Source: Lytechinus pictus
Lineage: Eukaryota
Direction: 5' to 3'
Assembly (NCBI RefSeq): GCF_037042905.1
Contig: NC_087251.1
Span: 34,040,001 to 34,104,000, forward strand
Length of the DNA stretch: 64,000 bases
Shown here one piece after another: positions 37,719 to 50,300 of the stretch. The position numbers and the translations under genes are program-made. Position 1 is the first letter of the stretch, and each line of letters begins with the position of its first letter. The notes beneath the pieces were generated by a model that was not told the DNA's origin, did not search any database, and worked only from the letters and a program-made list of their open reading frames with translations.

Positions 37719-39675
37719 CACAACAAAAAAAGTAAGTCCCCCCTAAATCAAATTGCTGTAACTTTTGAACGGAGTTATTTTGAGATATGATATCTCGTAG
37801 GTGACCATTTTTGAAAGTGACAAGGGTCGTTTTTCAGATTGTGCAAATACGAAGTTGGGCAAAAGTTGTTTTTAGGTGAATTTTATGGTGTTATGCTGTT
37901 TTACTATCCATCACTTCGCCACTCCACACACAATTTTGATATCGTATGTTCATGGTTGAGTGAGCACAATACCGCAGGGGCCGCGGAAGCGGGGTGGGGG
38001 CCCACTTTTTTTTCCAAAAGCATGTACAAAAATGTAAAAATGACCATACGATTGTGATTTTATGCATGGTCAGCGCACCCCCCCCCCCACACTTTGAAAA
38101 CCGTTCCGCGGCCCCTGTATTGTGACGTATCATTATAGGGGTTTTTGGTAGTATCCTCTACAACTTGTTAGGTCATATTAAAATTTAAAAATGTTGGTGG
38201 CTCCCCCGATTATAGCCCCCTCCCCCATTTTTAAATTCTGGATCCACCACTGATTTGTCCATAAATTAAACTGATCATGAGAAATTGTTACGAAAAGAAT
38301 ACATTTATGCAGTATAAAGAGTATTCATTCCTAAGTTTTCGAATGTGCTCGCTCAACCATGAAAAATGTTAAAAGTTCGGAAAGTGTGTGGTGATAGAAA
38401 TGATGGATGATAAAAACAACAGCAATTAAAGTCACATTTGAAACCGAATTTGCCCCCCAATATTCACCTTATTACCCTTTAAAATGAGTCTGTGACATTG
38501 AAAATACCCATTTTGCCACTTTGATGCGTGCTCACTCATCCGTAAATAAACAAATCGATTTCATTTTTGCACAGAATTCTACCCATAGGTTGATAAACAT
38601 TACTGCCAAATGACATTGCTAAAGACAGCCTTGAAAAAAAGTTCCACCATATTAAATAAGGGGTTACTTATTCTTAAACATATGCACCCATAATGTACAC
38701 AAGTCTATGAGAGAGGAAGTCAAAATCTTAACAAATATGAAATAAGGGGTTTGTTTCATGGACGGTTTTTGTTACTTCTGCTAACAGTTATTTCATGAAA
38801 CTTCGCACATCGCTTCAGAGTAACACTATCCAACAGGCGCGCACACCACAATAACAATTCGATACGGCACAGAGTGGGGCCAAGGCTTTGAACTTTCTTC
38901 TCATTTGCATAATTTTTTTATATTGTGTGCTCACTGATGGATTAAACATCGGGATTTTCATGAAAATCTAATCAAATGAACCAGGTTTGTGACAGATATC
39001 CATCGTTACAAATTGCATTTTTTCCAATAACGTAAAAAAGAGCTAATCACATTCCACATGTTCATTCAAGCGTGAATGTTTAATTAAACGCCTATGAATC
39101 ATTAAAGCATGTTAATTGGTCATGAAAAAAGTTGATAAAAGATCAGTTTCAGTTACCAAAATGAAACAATACTTGCCTATTATATTTGAAAATCGTATTT
39201 TTTGTTTTCAATAAATGTTCATTTTAACCGTGAAACGATGAATAGTGTTGAAGATACTCTTCCCAAAAATTACTGTCATCACATTCTATCATTTTTATTG
39301 ATGAAAATGTGTAAAAAATCCAATTATAGCAAATTTGGACTTGTGTTTATTCAACCGTGAAATTTAGCCAAAATATTGTATCGTCTTTTAGAAAGTACCT
39401 TTTACAAGCCTTCTGACAATATTTCAAGATGAGAATGTGGAATCAGTTCCAATAAAATGGAAATGAGTCATGATTTTTGGCTTGTGACGTTTGAAAAGTG
39501 ACATTTTTGCCTTCTGACGGTGCTCACTGAAGCATGACGTAAAATACGTCCATAACATTTACTCAGAGGGTAGCTTATAAAATTATACACGCTCATGTAA
39601 AAATATATCAAAAACTCGCATTGGTTCGGAAATTATTGATGTTTGTTCAAGGGGGGACTTACCTTTTTTGTTGTG
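37719..39675. mobile_element. Tc1/mariner-type non-autonomous DNA transposon, ~1.96 kb, TA TSD
   Basis: TA|CACAACAAAAAAAGTAAGTCCCCCCT...AGGGGGGACTTACCTTTTTTGTTGTG|TA; no transposase ORF; contains a small TIR element CAGGGGCCGCGGAA...TTCCGCGGCCCCTG at 37975-38117. Confidence 0.82.
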
Positions 39676-39879
39676 TATATATTGTTTCACCTGGTTAAAA
39701 AAAATAAACTTCCATACCACGATTATTCATTTTGGATAATCAAAATAATCCCGATAGAAGTGTTTTCACTATTTCATTCGGACGTTTATGGCAATTTTGC
39801 TATCCCATGGTAACTAAATGGATTCCATACTCCGGGTCCATACTCAATAGTTAATCAAAATCAAGGATTCCATGAAAAA

Positions 39880-40056
39880 AGGCGCGGATCCAGGGGGTAC
39901 AGGGGGCACGTGCCCCCCCCCCCTTTGAGAAGCAAATTAAAAAAAAATTTATGTAAAAATTCCATTAAAATAGAGGTGAAGACTTTTTTTTCGGGTACTG
40001 CTTTTCCTCCGAAAAAATTGCCCCCCCCCCTTTGGAAAATCCTGGATCCGACCCTG
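39880..40056. mobile_element. Small hAT-like MITE
   Basis: AGGCGCGGATCCAGG...CCTGGATCCGACCCTG ends with poly-C tracts. Confidence 0.6.
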
Positions 40057-41774
40057 GTGAAAAATACAATTGCATGGTAAATTAACAAAATAATAACTTC
40101 TATGCAGTCCGGGTGTCCCCTGGTGCCCAGGACAGGCGTGTTCGGGTCAATACCACTCGTTTCTATACCATATGCACATCTCCAAAACTGACAGTATCCG
40201 GGGACTGAATATACATACACTATCAGTGCAAAAACTACAATAGCAAGCTACTGGTCATTATTGTTAGAGCGACAAGACATAGGAAATTCATTTCTGGTAT
40301 TTAAGGCTAAAATCATTTCGTCATTTTTATTTTGAAATTTCGAGTCCTTGCATCATCTTTATCATGTTTATTAGCAATCATTAGGCATAAAAAATTATAG
40401 GCCCTATATAGGCATAGGCATAGTTTTATCAATCTGATTAAAACTGACCCAACTCCCCCCTCCCTCCCTCTCGAAACGAAATATCCACAGATAAGTTTGA
40501 TTTTGTGGAGTGACATTGACCAAAATTGCCCAGGCACTTCCACTTATTTTCAGATAATTCACGTTTCCATATAGATTCGAATCCAGTTTTGTCCCTGCAT
40601 AGCGACCAGTCGGACCTGCAAAATCAAGCAAATATTAACAGAACATGATTGAACTCCCACAAAATATAAGGTGGGTGATATCATGCCTCACAAATTAAGA
40701 TAGATGTCATTTCAATCGTTAACAGCACACGCACAAAAATAAATCCCTAAGTATCCTTAGTAAGTAAAACAAAACTTTTCCGTCACGAATGAACTTGGGT
40801 TTAATAGGGCCTATACGCTAATTCTCAGTGGCATAATGAGCCAAAAGTTTTTGAGGGGTGAGATATGGCATATTGGGCAAAATTCACAAAAAATTGCGAC
40901 CGAGCGAAGTGAGCGAGCAAAAGTTTTGACATCTTTATTACAACATTAAAAATATATAAATCATATTTGACCATTTTCTCTTTTCTTTTTTTTCTTTTTT
41001 CTTGGTGGCCGGTGATTTTTTTTTTTCGGGGGGGGGGGGGCAAGCACCCCAAGGCCCTTATCTGTACGCCACTGCTAATTCTAAAACAAAAAGTCATGTT
41101 CTTTGTATACCGGTACTTTGTCCTTAAAAAAATCAATTCATTATTGAAAAGCGGGGGACTATAATTTGTACAGGCAATTCCTTGTCGGGGGGGGGGGGGG
41201 CGACGTGGGGGTAGTGACCCCAAATGGTACTGTGGTCAAGGGTGTTAAATTGATTGAGTAAATGACAGATTAACAAGCAGTGTATTCATCCTAAGTAAAA
41301 AAAAATTAGAAATAAAAAAGCAAACTTTTATTTGCTGAGCTGAGCTGATGCAGCATAGCAGCCGACAGCTGGCTCCTGAGAAATGTAGACGCGCCCTCAT
41401 CGATAGTTCATTAATGGGTTCCGTATTTTGTCATCCACCAAATCTACGTTTTTCCACTTTCGGGGGCCAGGTTCAAGGATAATATTCGTATTATTAGGAA
41501 TTCTACAGCGAAGGTATGATATGGATGTCGTCATTTCATATTTCAGTATATTTGTTAACAATTCAAATATTTTTTCTCGAAAATCACGTATTTTCTAACG
41601 ATTGCGAGGAGTTTTAAATCGATTGAAAATGACACCCTTTTCGCCGCACTCGGCCTTGGTCGAGCTAGCGAACGTTGCCTTTAACTTACGCCTCTTTCGT
41701 TGGGGGCGATAACCATCGCTTCCCGATGGAAGCACTCGACTCCGGTATAGGCCGAAAGGCCGAAGCCATTTTAA

Positions 41775-42869
41775 AGGGATTGTCTGGGCTAAAAGTATGT
41801 ATAGCTTAATAAATAGAGTCGAATTCACTGAGCAAAATGTAGAAAATTTCATCAAAATCGGATAACAAATAACAAAGTTATTGAATTTTTATTTTTAAAT
41901 TTTAAGTTTAGCAATATTTTGTGAAAACAGTCTGACACTGACAGTCATGACAGTCATCATGAATATTCATTAGGTGGGCTGATGATGTCACATCTCCACT
42001 TGTTCTTTTGAGTTTTGTATTTTATTATATGAAATTAAGTTTATTCAAATTTTTTCCTCCAAGAACTAGACAAATTGGATTGACAACTGATTGAGTGCAT
42101 TATATATTTATTGCTGCAACTTATTTCATTATAAATAGGGAGACATATTATTCACACAAGTATGAAATAATGAAAAAATTATGATTTTATGTATGGCAAG
42201 TTCCCCCAAGTCTGCGCAGTCCCCCTTGTCTGCGCACACGCGTATCTGCGCGATCCTAATAAAAGAAGATACGCAACGAGCACGAACTTTAAACATGCAA
42301 TACATAGACAGGTATTCATAAAAAAAACACGACTCAAAATGGTGGAAAATAATGAATTTAGGGCATTTCATGTGACGGCCTCAAAATGCAGCCTTTCTCA
42401 TCAAAATCCCCGAATCGTGTGCAAAGTGAATGCGTGCGCAGACATGGGGTATCATTTTTTTTTTCAATCTGAAAATGACTGCCCGAGGTTTTTTCAAGAA
42501 AATCCTATATTTTCTTTCATTTTTTAATGAGAAATTTGGTACACTTACTCTTAATAATGTAAGCAACATTATTAATTGAAAGATTTTGTGTAATAAGAAG
42601 AAATTCATGTTAAATCTTAACTCAAATTGTTAGGTGCGCAGACTTGGGGCCCACCATCATAATAACATAAGAAAACGGAAAGTGGAGATGTGACATCATC
42701 AGCCCACCTAATGAATATTCATGACAACTGTTTTCACAAAATATTGCTAAATTTTAAACTTTAATAACTTATTATTTGTTATCTGATTTTGATGAAATTT
42801 TCGGCATTTTGCTCAGTGAATTCTACTCTATGTATTAAGATATAAATATTTTCAGCCCGGACCATCCCT
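41775..42869. mobile_element. Kolobok-like MITE (TTAA TSD) carrying a nested insertion
   Basis: TTAA|AGGGATTGTCTGGGCT...AGCCCGGACCATCCCT|TTAA with long palindromic arms; inverted copy of 53553-54130. Confidence 0.85.
42194..42659. mobile_element. TA-flanked non-autonomous element (copy 2), nested in a Kolobok-like MITE
   Basis: Same ends as 890-1359. The empty site in the host-family copy at 53553-54130 has a single TA. Confidence 0.88.
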
Positions 42870-42983
42870 TTAACGTTACTTACATGGCTTAGCTTAATAG
42901 CCCTTTTTACTTAGCCAAGCCCAAGGGCTCACTCAAGGGTTCATTACATGCCACCGCACCGCGCACAGAAAAATCAAGCCATA

Positions 42984-43200
42984 GGATGGGGGGTCGGGTG
43001 TCCGGACACTTTATCTTTTTGAAGCCTTCTTTTTTGTCTTTGGATTACACTAAAAATATGAATTCAATACTTGTAATCATCTTCTGTTTTGTTCTTTATA
43101 ATATTTCCTAACGTTTTGTACTAAAAATTGATGAAACTTCGCTTGTAATTTTTTCCAAATGACTTTCTAAATTTGATCGTCCGGACACACAACAACTGGG
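42984..43200 (-). mobile_element. TA-flanked repeat without TIRs (copy 2, inverted)
   Basis: TA|GGATGGGG...CAACTGGG|TA; collinear reverse complement of 35652-35920. Confidence 0.75.
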
Positions 43201-43214
43201 TATACTAACTGTTG

Positions 43215-43398
43215 ACCCAGGGCAGCCGGCAGGGAGCTCCGGCCCACGATTCCACGAAGCTTCGCGGGCCGTAGCTCGGAGCTGACTGTAAATATAGCTC
43301 GGATTGTTTACTGGACTGAATCATGCCGAGTTGACATCTGGCTCGGAACAGCGGAACTTACGGGTTGGGTTTCACTGTGATTGAATCCATCGAACTTG
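43215..43398 (+). promoter_or_regulatory. Probable non-coding first exon/promoter of DESI2
   Basis: GC/CpG-rich stretch ending at donor TTG|GTAAAT (exon end 43398); a matching acceptor TTTTCAG|G gives exon start 47104. Confidence 0.45.
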
Positions 43399-46300
43399 GT
43401 AAATAAACACGGATGGTTTGATAATATTTGAGGTGTCGTCTGTCACCGCAATAAATGTCATGAAACTGTTTTTAACAAGTACCTAATCCATCCACCTACT
43501 CTAGACGTGATGGTCGAGGGGATAGGTATGGTGTTGTGACGTGACCTTAATTCGCGCGTTACCTAATTATGTGCACGGTCGAATATCTCAATATGTAATT
43601 GATATATTGAAAAACTGATATCACCAACAGAAAAAACGATCCAAAATTACTAAGTATGGCCTTTTCTTGAAGGGAAGGTCTGTCTCAATTTGTGAAATTA
43701 TTGGCAAAACATCAGCAAATTTTGTTACCTTTTGCACGCGCTCCGATAAAATCTGAACTTCTCGACAAGTATCAAGAAATCGCCAGTTTGCAAGCAGAGG
43801 TATCCAAATAAGTAAGTCAAATGTTATACCAACCAAATTTATGGCATTTTAACCTCCATCTGATACAATTATCTTACCTTTGTATGTTTGATTTATTTTC
43901 TAAAGCTTTGCAAAATGGTCTAGCGCAAATTTAGATCACATTTTTTAATGACACTTTTTCAGCCGAGCGCGCACTAGTCGATTGTCATGGAATTTTGAGA
44001 TCGCGATATCGGCGAAACCCTTGGCCTACTTTTGTAATTCCGTCAAGCTAATTTGACTTTGGAATCTTGCCTTCCGTTTGGAATTTATGATTTTGATTAA
44101 TTTTTTGTGAACTGAGAAATTTTGGATTGAAAAACAACTTCATGATAAATTTTAAAATGTGCACAAATTATAGTCACCCCATCATAGAGGTCAAAGGCCC
44201 CTACCTTATTTTCATTCTTTCCCCATGATGATTTTGATTTATGTGTATGATCGGACCTCATGAGTCATGGCCTTGTGTGTGAGAGATTGAGACGGCTAAG
44301 GCACGTGTGTGCATACAGTGCAGCTGCCATGTGATATCATGTGACTGGTCATGTGATTAGCTGAGAGTAATGGATTCACTGGGTGAGAATGTCCAATTTG
44401 TTTACAGGTAAAGACTAAAGGCCAGTCGGTCCATTAGCCATAGATTAGGCATGGTCATAAATCATGAAGATTTCCTTTTGATATGATTGTGATGACATGT
44501 AGAATATTTCTTTTTTTTGTAAAAAAATCTGTTCAGTGTATTGAGATATCTTGTATATTATCAGTTTTTCTGCTACCCATAGAAGCCCCCCCCCCCTGTA
44601 GTGTTGCCATATTTCACAAGTCGGTGATCCCAAAATAATTGCTCAGCTGGGTGTAAAACATTTAATTTGGGGCCCATTTAAAGTAGACATTAAAGAGGGT
44701 GGACGGAGATGGACAAGAAGAGGAGGGTGCACTTAGAGGGAGAGAGAGAGAGGGGGGGGGGGTTACAAGTGCAAAAAAAAACGTGTCAGATGAAGAGATG
44801 AGATGACTACATGGATGATATGGAGGTAGGATGATATCGGACTGATACTTTGATTGTCAAATTTTAATTTTAAATAATTTTTTTAAATTTTTTTTTTTTA
44901 TTTAAGGGGAAAAACACCTTTTTCTAAGAGCGCATTTTTTCAGATTATTCTTGATCAATAGGCCTACATGTACATGTATATCACACACAAAATATTACTG
45001 GTAGCTGAAAGCTAGAATAAGACAGTTAAAAATAAATCATGCAAAAAAAATATTCTATTGCTTCAAAGCAAATATGAAGAATGAAATACGCTCAGAAATT
45101 AACTCTTTCTGCCACCTCCACCCCCCCCAAAAAAAAAAATTATTCTATGGTAGAGAAAAAAAGTGTCTGTGAGAGCCTGTTTGGAAATTGGGTCACCAGA
45201 ATGACAACATAATCAACGATGTGGTTTGTAAACTGCCTCTCGATCTCACACATAACAAACTATCATTTCAAAGCATATGTTTCGCAGTAAGTAAGCAAGA
45301 ACCAATCATACTAGCGGTGCACAGACTCATGCTGTTGACTGCTGCACTTATAAGCATGTGAGGGATTGCAAGTTGGCCTTGTATCATCTCAATCCCCTCT
45401 CTACATTACTACTGGATAATATAAACAGTGTATAAATTATTTTGGGGGTTAGTATGGTCTTTTAAAAACTAGGTCAGAAGGTGATGGATGTCGGTACCAG
45501 ATAAGAGTCAAGAGGGTCAAAACATTGTATTTTTGCATGGACATAAATCAATTTTAGCTGGTCCGGGTTGCCAGGCCTTTCCGGTCGAGCTCTAATTCTG
45601 ATAAGATTTACGAGCCGGGTTCTGACCAAGTTGAAGGAAATAATGAGTGAGCTATAGCACTACTAATAGTAATACTAACGTTAACATGGTTAAGACCTAC
45701 ATGTAAGTCGTTTGTTGTGCCTTTGTGATTGAAAAAAGTGGTGTCGCAGCTGCATGCTGCCAACGTGGTCCTGTGTGCGAGGTTAGTAATAGTCACCCGT
45801 GGGTGCATACTGCATTACGTGCCGCTGTGTACAGGAAAATTGAAGGCACAGCGCATACAAAATTGCAACAATTGCATGGCCCTTCCGTGAATTTAAGAAG
45901 AGGTTTTATAATCAGGTCCTTCTATGAAATTTACCGAACGATGTGAAGTCAATTCCCCCTAATATCATGAATATCCCTCAAATAGCGTCATTTAAGTGCT
46001 GATTTTTCTTCTCGTTAACATTGATATGTCTCCTGGATTTAATAATGAAATGGCATTTGAGATTTTTTCATTGTTTCATTGTATGTGTATGTAGGCTATG
46101 TCAGCTACATGTGTCAAAATTCAGAAGCAAGTTTTTAGCATTCAAACAGATATCACCCATAGTTATTTGCAAAGAAATGGAATAAAAAGAGATAAATCCA
46201 ACAAGCATGACACTGAAAATTTCACCAAAATCGGATGTATAATGTATAACGAATAAGAAAGTTATGACACTTTAAAGTTTCGCTTAATTTCACAAAACAG

Positions 46301-46555
46301 TTATATGCACATCCTGGCTGGTATGCAAATGAGGAGACTATGATGTCATCCACTCACTATTTCTTTTTATTTTATTACATAAGATATTCTAATTTTCTCA
46401 TTGTCAATGATCCAAGAATTAATTTTCAGCACTATGCTAGTTTGATTTTTCTCTATACGGTATTCAAGTCAGGATATTCCTGGGGTGGACTTGACCTTTA
46501 AAGACTGCACCAAAACAAAACCAGTAGGACTATGGAAATAGGCTAACCATGCAGG

Positions 46556-46906
46556 CAGGGTGCTACATAACTTTAATATTAGAAGCACTTGCCCAGTCGG
46601 GCAAGTAAATTTCTAAATAGTTGGAATATACTTGCCCAAAAATCTATTTCACTTGCCCGAAAAATCCTTGAAAAAAAAAAAGTTTTACCTCTTCAAAAGA
46701 AAGTTTTGCCGTTTTATAAACCATTGACCTTTTTCTCTGTTTTGACATGAACTGATCTACCTTGTTTATATTGCATTTCTTTTTCCAAAGTGATTTTATC
46801 TTGCCTGCCATGACCAAAATTAGGGTCAATATCATATCAAAACACTTGCCCGACTCTAACTTTTACTTGCCCCAGGCAATTGGGCAAGTGCTTATGTAGC
46901 ACCCTG
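46556..46906. mobile_element. hAT-type MITE with a perfect 8-bp TSD
   Basis: TIR CAGGGTGCTACATAA / TTATGTAGCACCCTG; TSD CATGCAGG at 46548-46555 and 46907-46914. Confidence 0.9.
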
Positions 46907-47338
46907 CATGCAGGACTTCTCAATTTTCATGCTCAAATTTCAGTCTTTAACATTATCAATAGGTTGTGTACATGTAGGTACAGCCATTTTGCTCTATTTG
47001 TTTGCAACCCTTACTGTAGTTACTCTGCTGTAGTTGTATAATTCCAAGCCCCACCATTAGGTGAAATAAAAACTTACATGTATCTTTAATACAATATTTT
47101 CAGGTGCAGATTATGGATATATTTTGAGGCTCTTCGCAGTGACATTCTGTACATGTGTCTTCATGTGGACGACACCCTTTTTTCTATATTCAGAAGATCT
47201 GGTTGGAGTCTTACAAACCAAACCACTATCATAGTTAACAGAGCGCATCAAAGATTCATTTCAGAGATTGAGCAAGCCATCCTTCTTTGTGGTTTGCTGT
47301 GTGTCGGAGTTGAAGAGGGGGTTCTCCAGCTTTAGGAC

Positions 47339-50300
47339 ATGACTGCAGTAGAGTTTTGCGGCCTATACAGAATGTCTTCTTGTGATAGTGATAGTGAGGA
47401 TAGGAGAGAGAAGGGGTCGGGAGAGGAGGTCAGACTTAATGTTTATGATATGGTAAGTCATAAGCCTGGGTCACTACTATGTTTATAAAATATTTTTAAA
47501 AAGAAAATACATCCATGTGACAAGTACATTTATCGACATGAAAAGTCAATATGGCATGGACAACATTTTCCGTCATTTCCTTGGATTGTTACAGTTCATT
47601 ATACATGTATATTCAAACAGTAAATTAAAAAGAAAATGTTTGATATTTCCATGTGAAACTCACAAAGTCAATTGAATTTCAGGAGAGACTACCAGGGAAT
47701 GTTCCACTTAACTAATGAGTAAAGTATTTTGCAGGAAACTACAATGCTGGATTAATACGAACTGAACACCCCCCCCCCCCATTTCCAATCAGTAAATAAA
47801 TGTTCGGGTCTGCTCATCAGCCTTTCATAAGAAGTACAATCTAGTAGTTCTTGACACCAGGCTGACTGGCATACAGTGCACAAGTACTATGCACAGTCCT
47901 GTCAGGCTGTCACCAATACGACCATACTATTTCCTCCTTGTGCCTGTTGAAGCGACACGATATTTGTACATGTGTATATGTCAATGTCCGGTATGTAGAC
48001 CTACACTACCAGCATCATTTAAATGATTGATTAATGTTAGTTTTATGTACATTTTGTACATGTTGCTAGGAATACCTGCTTATAGATGTAGGCCCTATTT
48101 AATGTAGAGTTTAATTTCAAAAGGCATTAAATCCACTTTTTGACCCAAATTGATTGTTAAAGATAAATATCTGTATCTTAGACAACGTTCCCTATCACAT
48201 TAAAAATATTTTTGTGAAGGCTGGCCAAAATTGATTACAAGTTAAGGTTCATATCAAAAGGCATTTAATCCAAAATGTTTCATTTAAAAAGGAGCATATA
48301 ATCCACTTTTTTTAGGTTATATAGGATTTATTAATTACCATAATTTATTAAAGGGATACTCCCTGCTTAAAATATTGTGATTTGAACAGATAAAGTAAAA
48401 TCAAACATTCACAAAAATTGGAGAAGGAATTTTAAAAGAACTTTATGACATTTAAAATTTCATTTTGGTGCAAAATCGTTTCTTGCACCACTGATGACTT
48501 CAAAAATATGCATTGAGTGAGCTAATGCTACCATTTCCCCTCTTATTTTTTTTCTTCATTACATGAATATTAATTTTTCTTTTTGATGTAGTACTGCTTT
48601 GATGTGTCAGATGACAATTACTTATTTTGTTACAAGGGAGGTACATTGCACACTTGCATTAAAATGTTAAATACATGTAATTTGATTTTCTTTTTTTAAG
48701 AAAAAGGAAGGATGTGACATCATCAGCCCATCTATTCATGACAACATCCATGTAACTGTTTTCACAAAATGAAGATAATCTTTGATATAAATAATTTTAT
48801 TTTAAGATTTTTTAAACCAAATTTCCTGAAAGTTATGCATTAAGATTTTTATTAAAGTGCATGTAATAATAATAATAATATTCCGCATTTATATAGCGCT
48901 TAACACATCGGAAAACATCTCTAAGCGCTTTACAGATATATTATTACCCCGGTCATCGGATCCTTGCATGCCCGCGTACAATGTATGCACCTTCTCCACT
49001 CCCTGGGGAGCATTCCAACAAGAGTTCCAAGACTCAATAGCTAGGCATACTACATAGGCTTTCGCATCCTACCGGGTACCCATTTAACACCTGGGTGGAG
49101 AGTGGCAAATTGTGGATTGACGCCTTGCCAAAGGACGCTAGGCCATCGTGGGATTCGAACACACGACCCTCTGATTACAAGGCGAGAGTCAGAACCGCTA
49201 CACCACAGCGCTTCCATGTAGAGCTACCAGTCTACATGTACATTGTCATGTCTATAATCAAAATTTGATGTAACTAGTGTTCCCCCTCTTTTTACGAACA
49301 TTTTTTTCATTTACTTGTGGCTTCATATGGAATGAAATACTCACTTTAAAAAGAAACAGACAACATGCAAATCGTACTGTGCTAGTTACTAGTATTATAT
49401 TTACATACTGTAGGCCTATATGGTTAATTTCCATTTTTAAATGTAGCCAGACATGGTCATTCAACTAAATTCCGAAGAGAGTTAAATCCATGGTAATTGA
49501 AATTACAATTTTATTTTGCAGAAAAGAAATAAATCAACCGAAGTTTGATTCTGAATAAGGCAAAATTGAAATTACAAAAGATAAACAAAATCTTTAAACC
49601 TGAAATACTAGATTAAAAAAAAAACACGATTTGATTAATAATCTACAATGTAAGATGATAACCCTCATGTATCAAAATGGAATGAAATGGGATAAATGAG
49701 AATTTTTTCTGATGCTCATCTTCATTACATTACCTATTACAAAGTTATGTGGGTTTTTTTTTAATTTGTACATGTAAGTTGGATGTTGGCCATTGTCCAT
49801 GTAATTTGAAGAAAAAAACAACAACATATTTTTAACTGGTCTGTCACCTCTTTCGTGTTTCTGTTGCAGTATTGGACCAATGAATATACAACAACATTAG
49901 GATTAGGAGTTTATCATACTGGCATTCAAGTTTATGGAAAAGGTGAGTACAACTTGATGGTCTTGTAAACGAGACTTGCACAAACTAGGATCTACATATA
50001 GTAAGAGGAAAATACTGAATAAAAACAGCAACAAACATTTGATAGGCCTATTGCATTTTCATTACCTATAGTATTTTTACATATAGTAGTAAATTCCTGA
50101 ATATGTATGTATTTATTTTTATTTTAGTGAATACAGCTGATCGATAAGTCCTAATTAATCAGAAAGTCATGATATTGACAGACTTGGATGCACTTTTGAA
50201 ACCCCCATCATAATTACAAGTTTACCAGCAAAATGCTGTCCTGCTTAGTTCCTACGGGAGTTAGCATACACAGAAACAGAAGTAAAAAGTAAGTTTACAT

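Noticed and set aside
47915..47935. 5S rRNA-like start TACGACCATAC
   Set aside because: The match is only about 11 nt and no internal A/C boxes follow.
49140..49215. tRNA gene
   Set aside because: The A/B boxes run into a SINE core and tail, so this is a SINE head.
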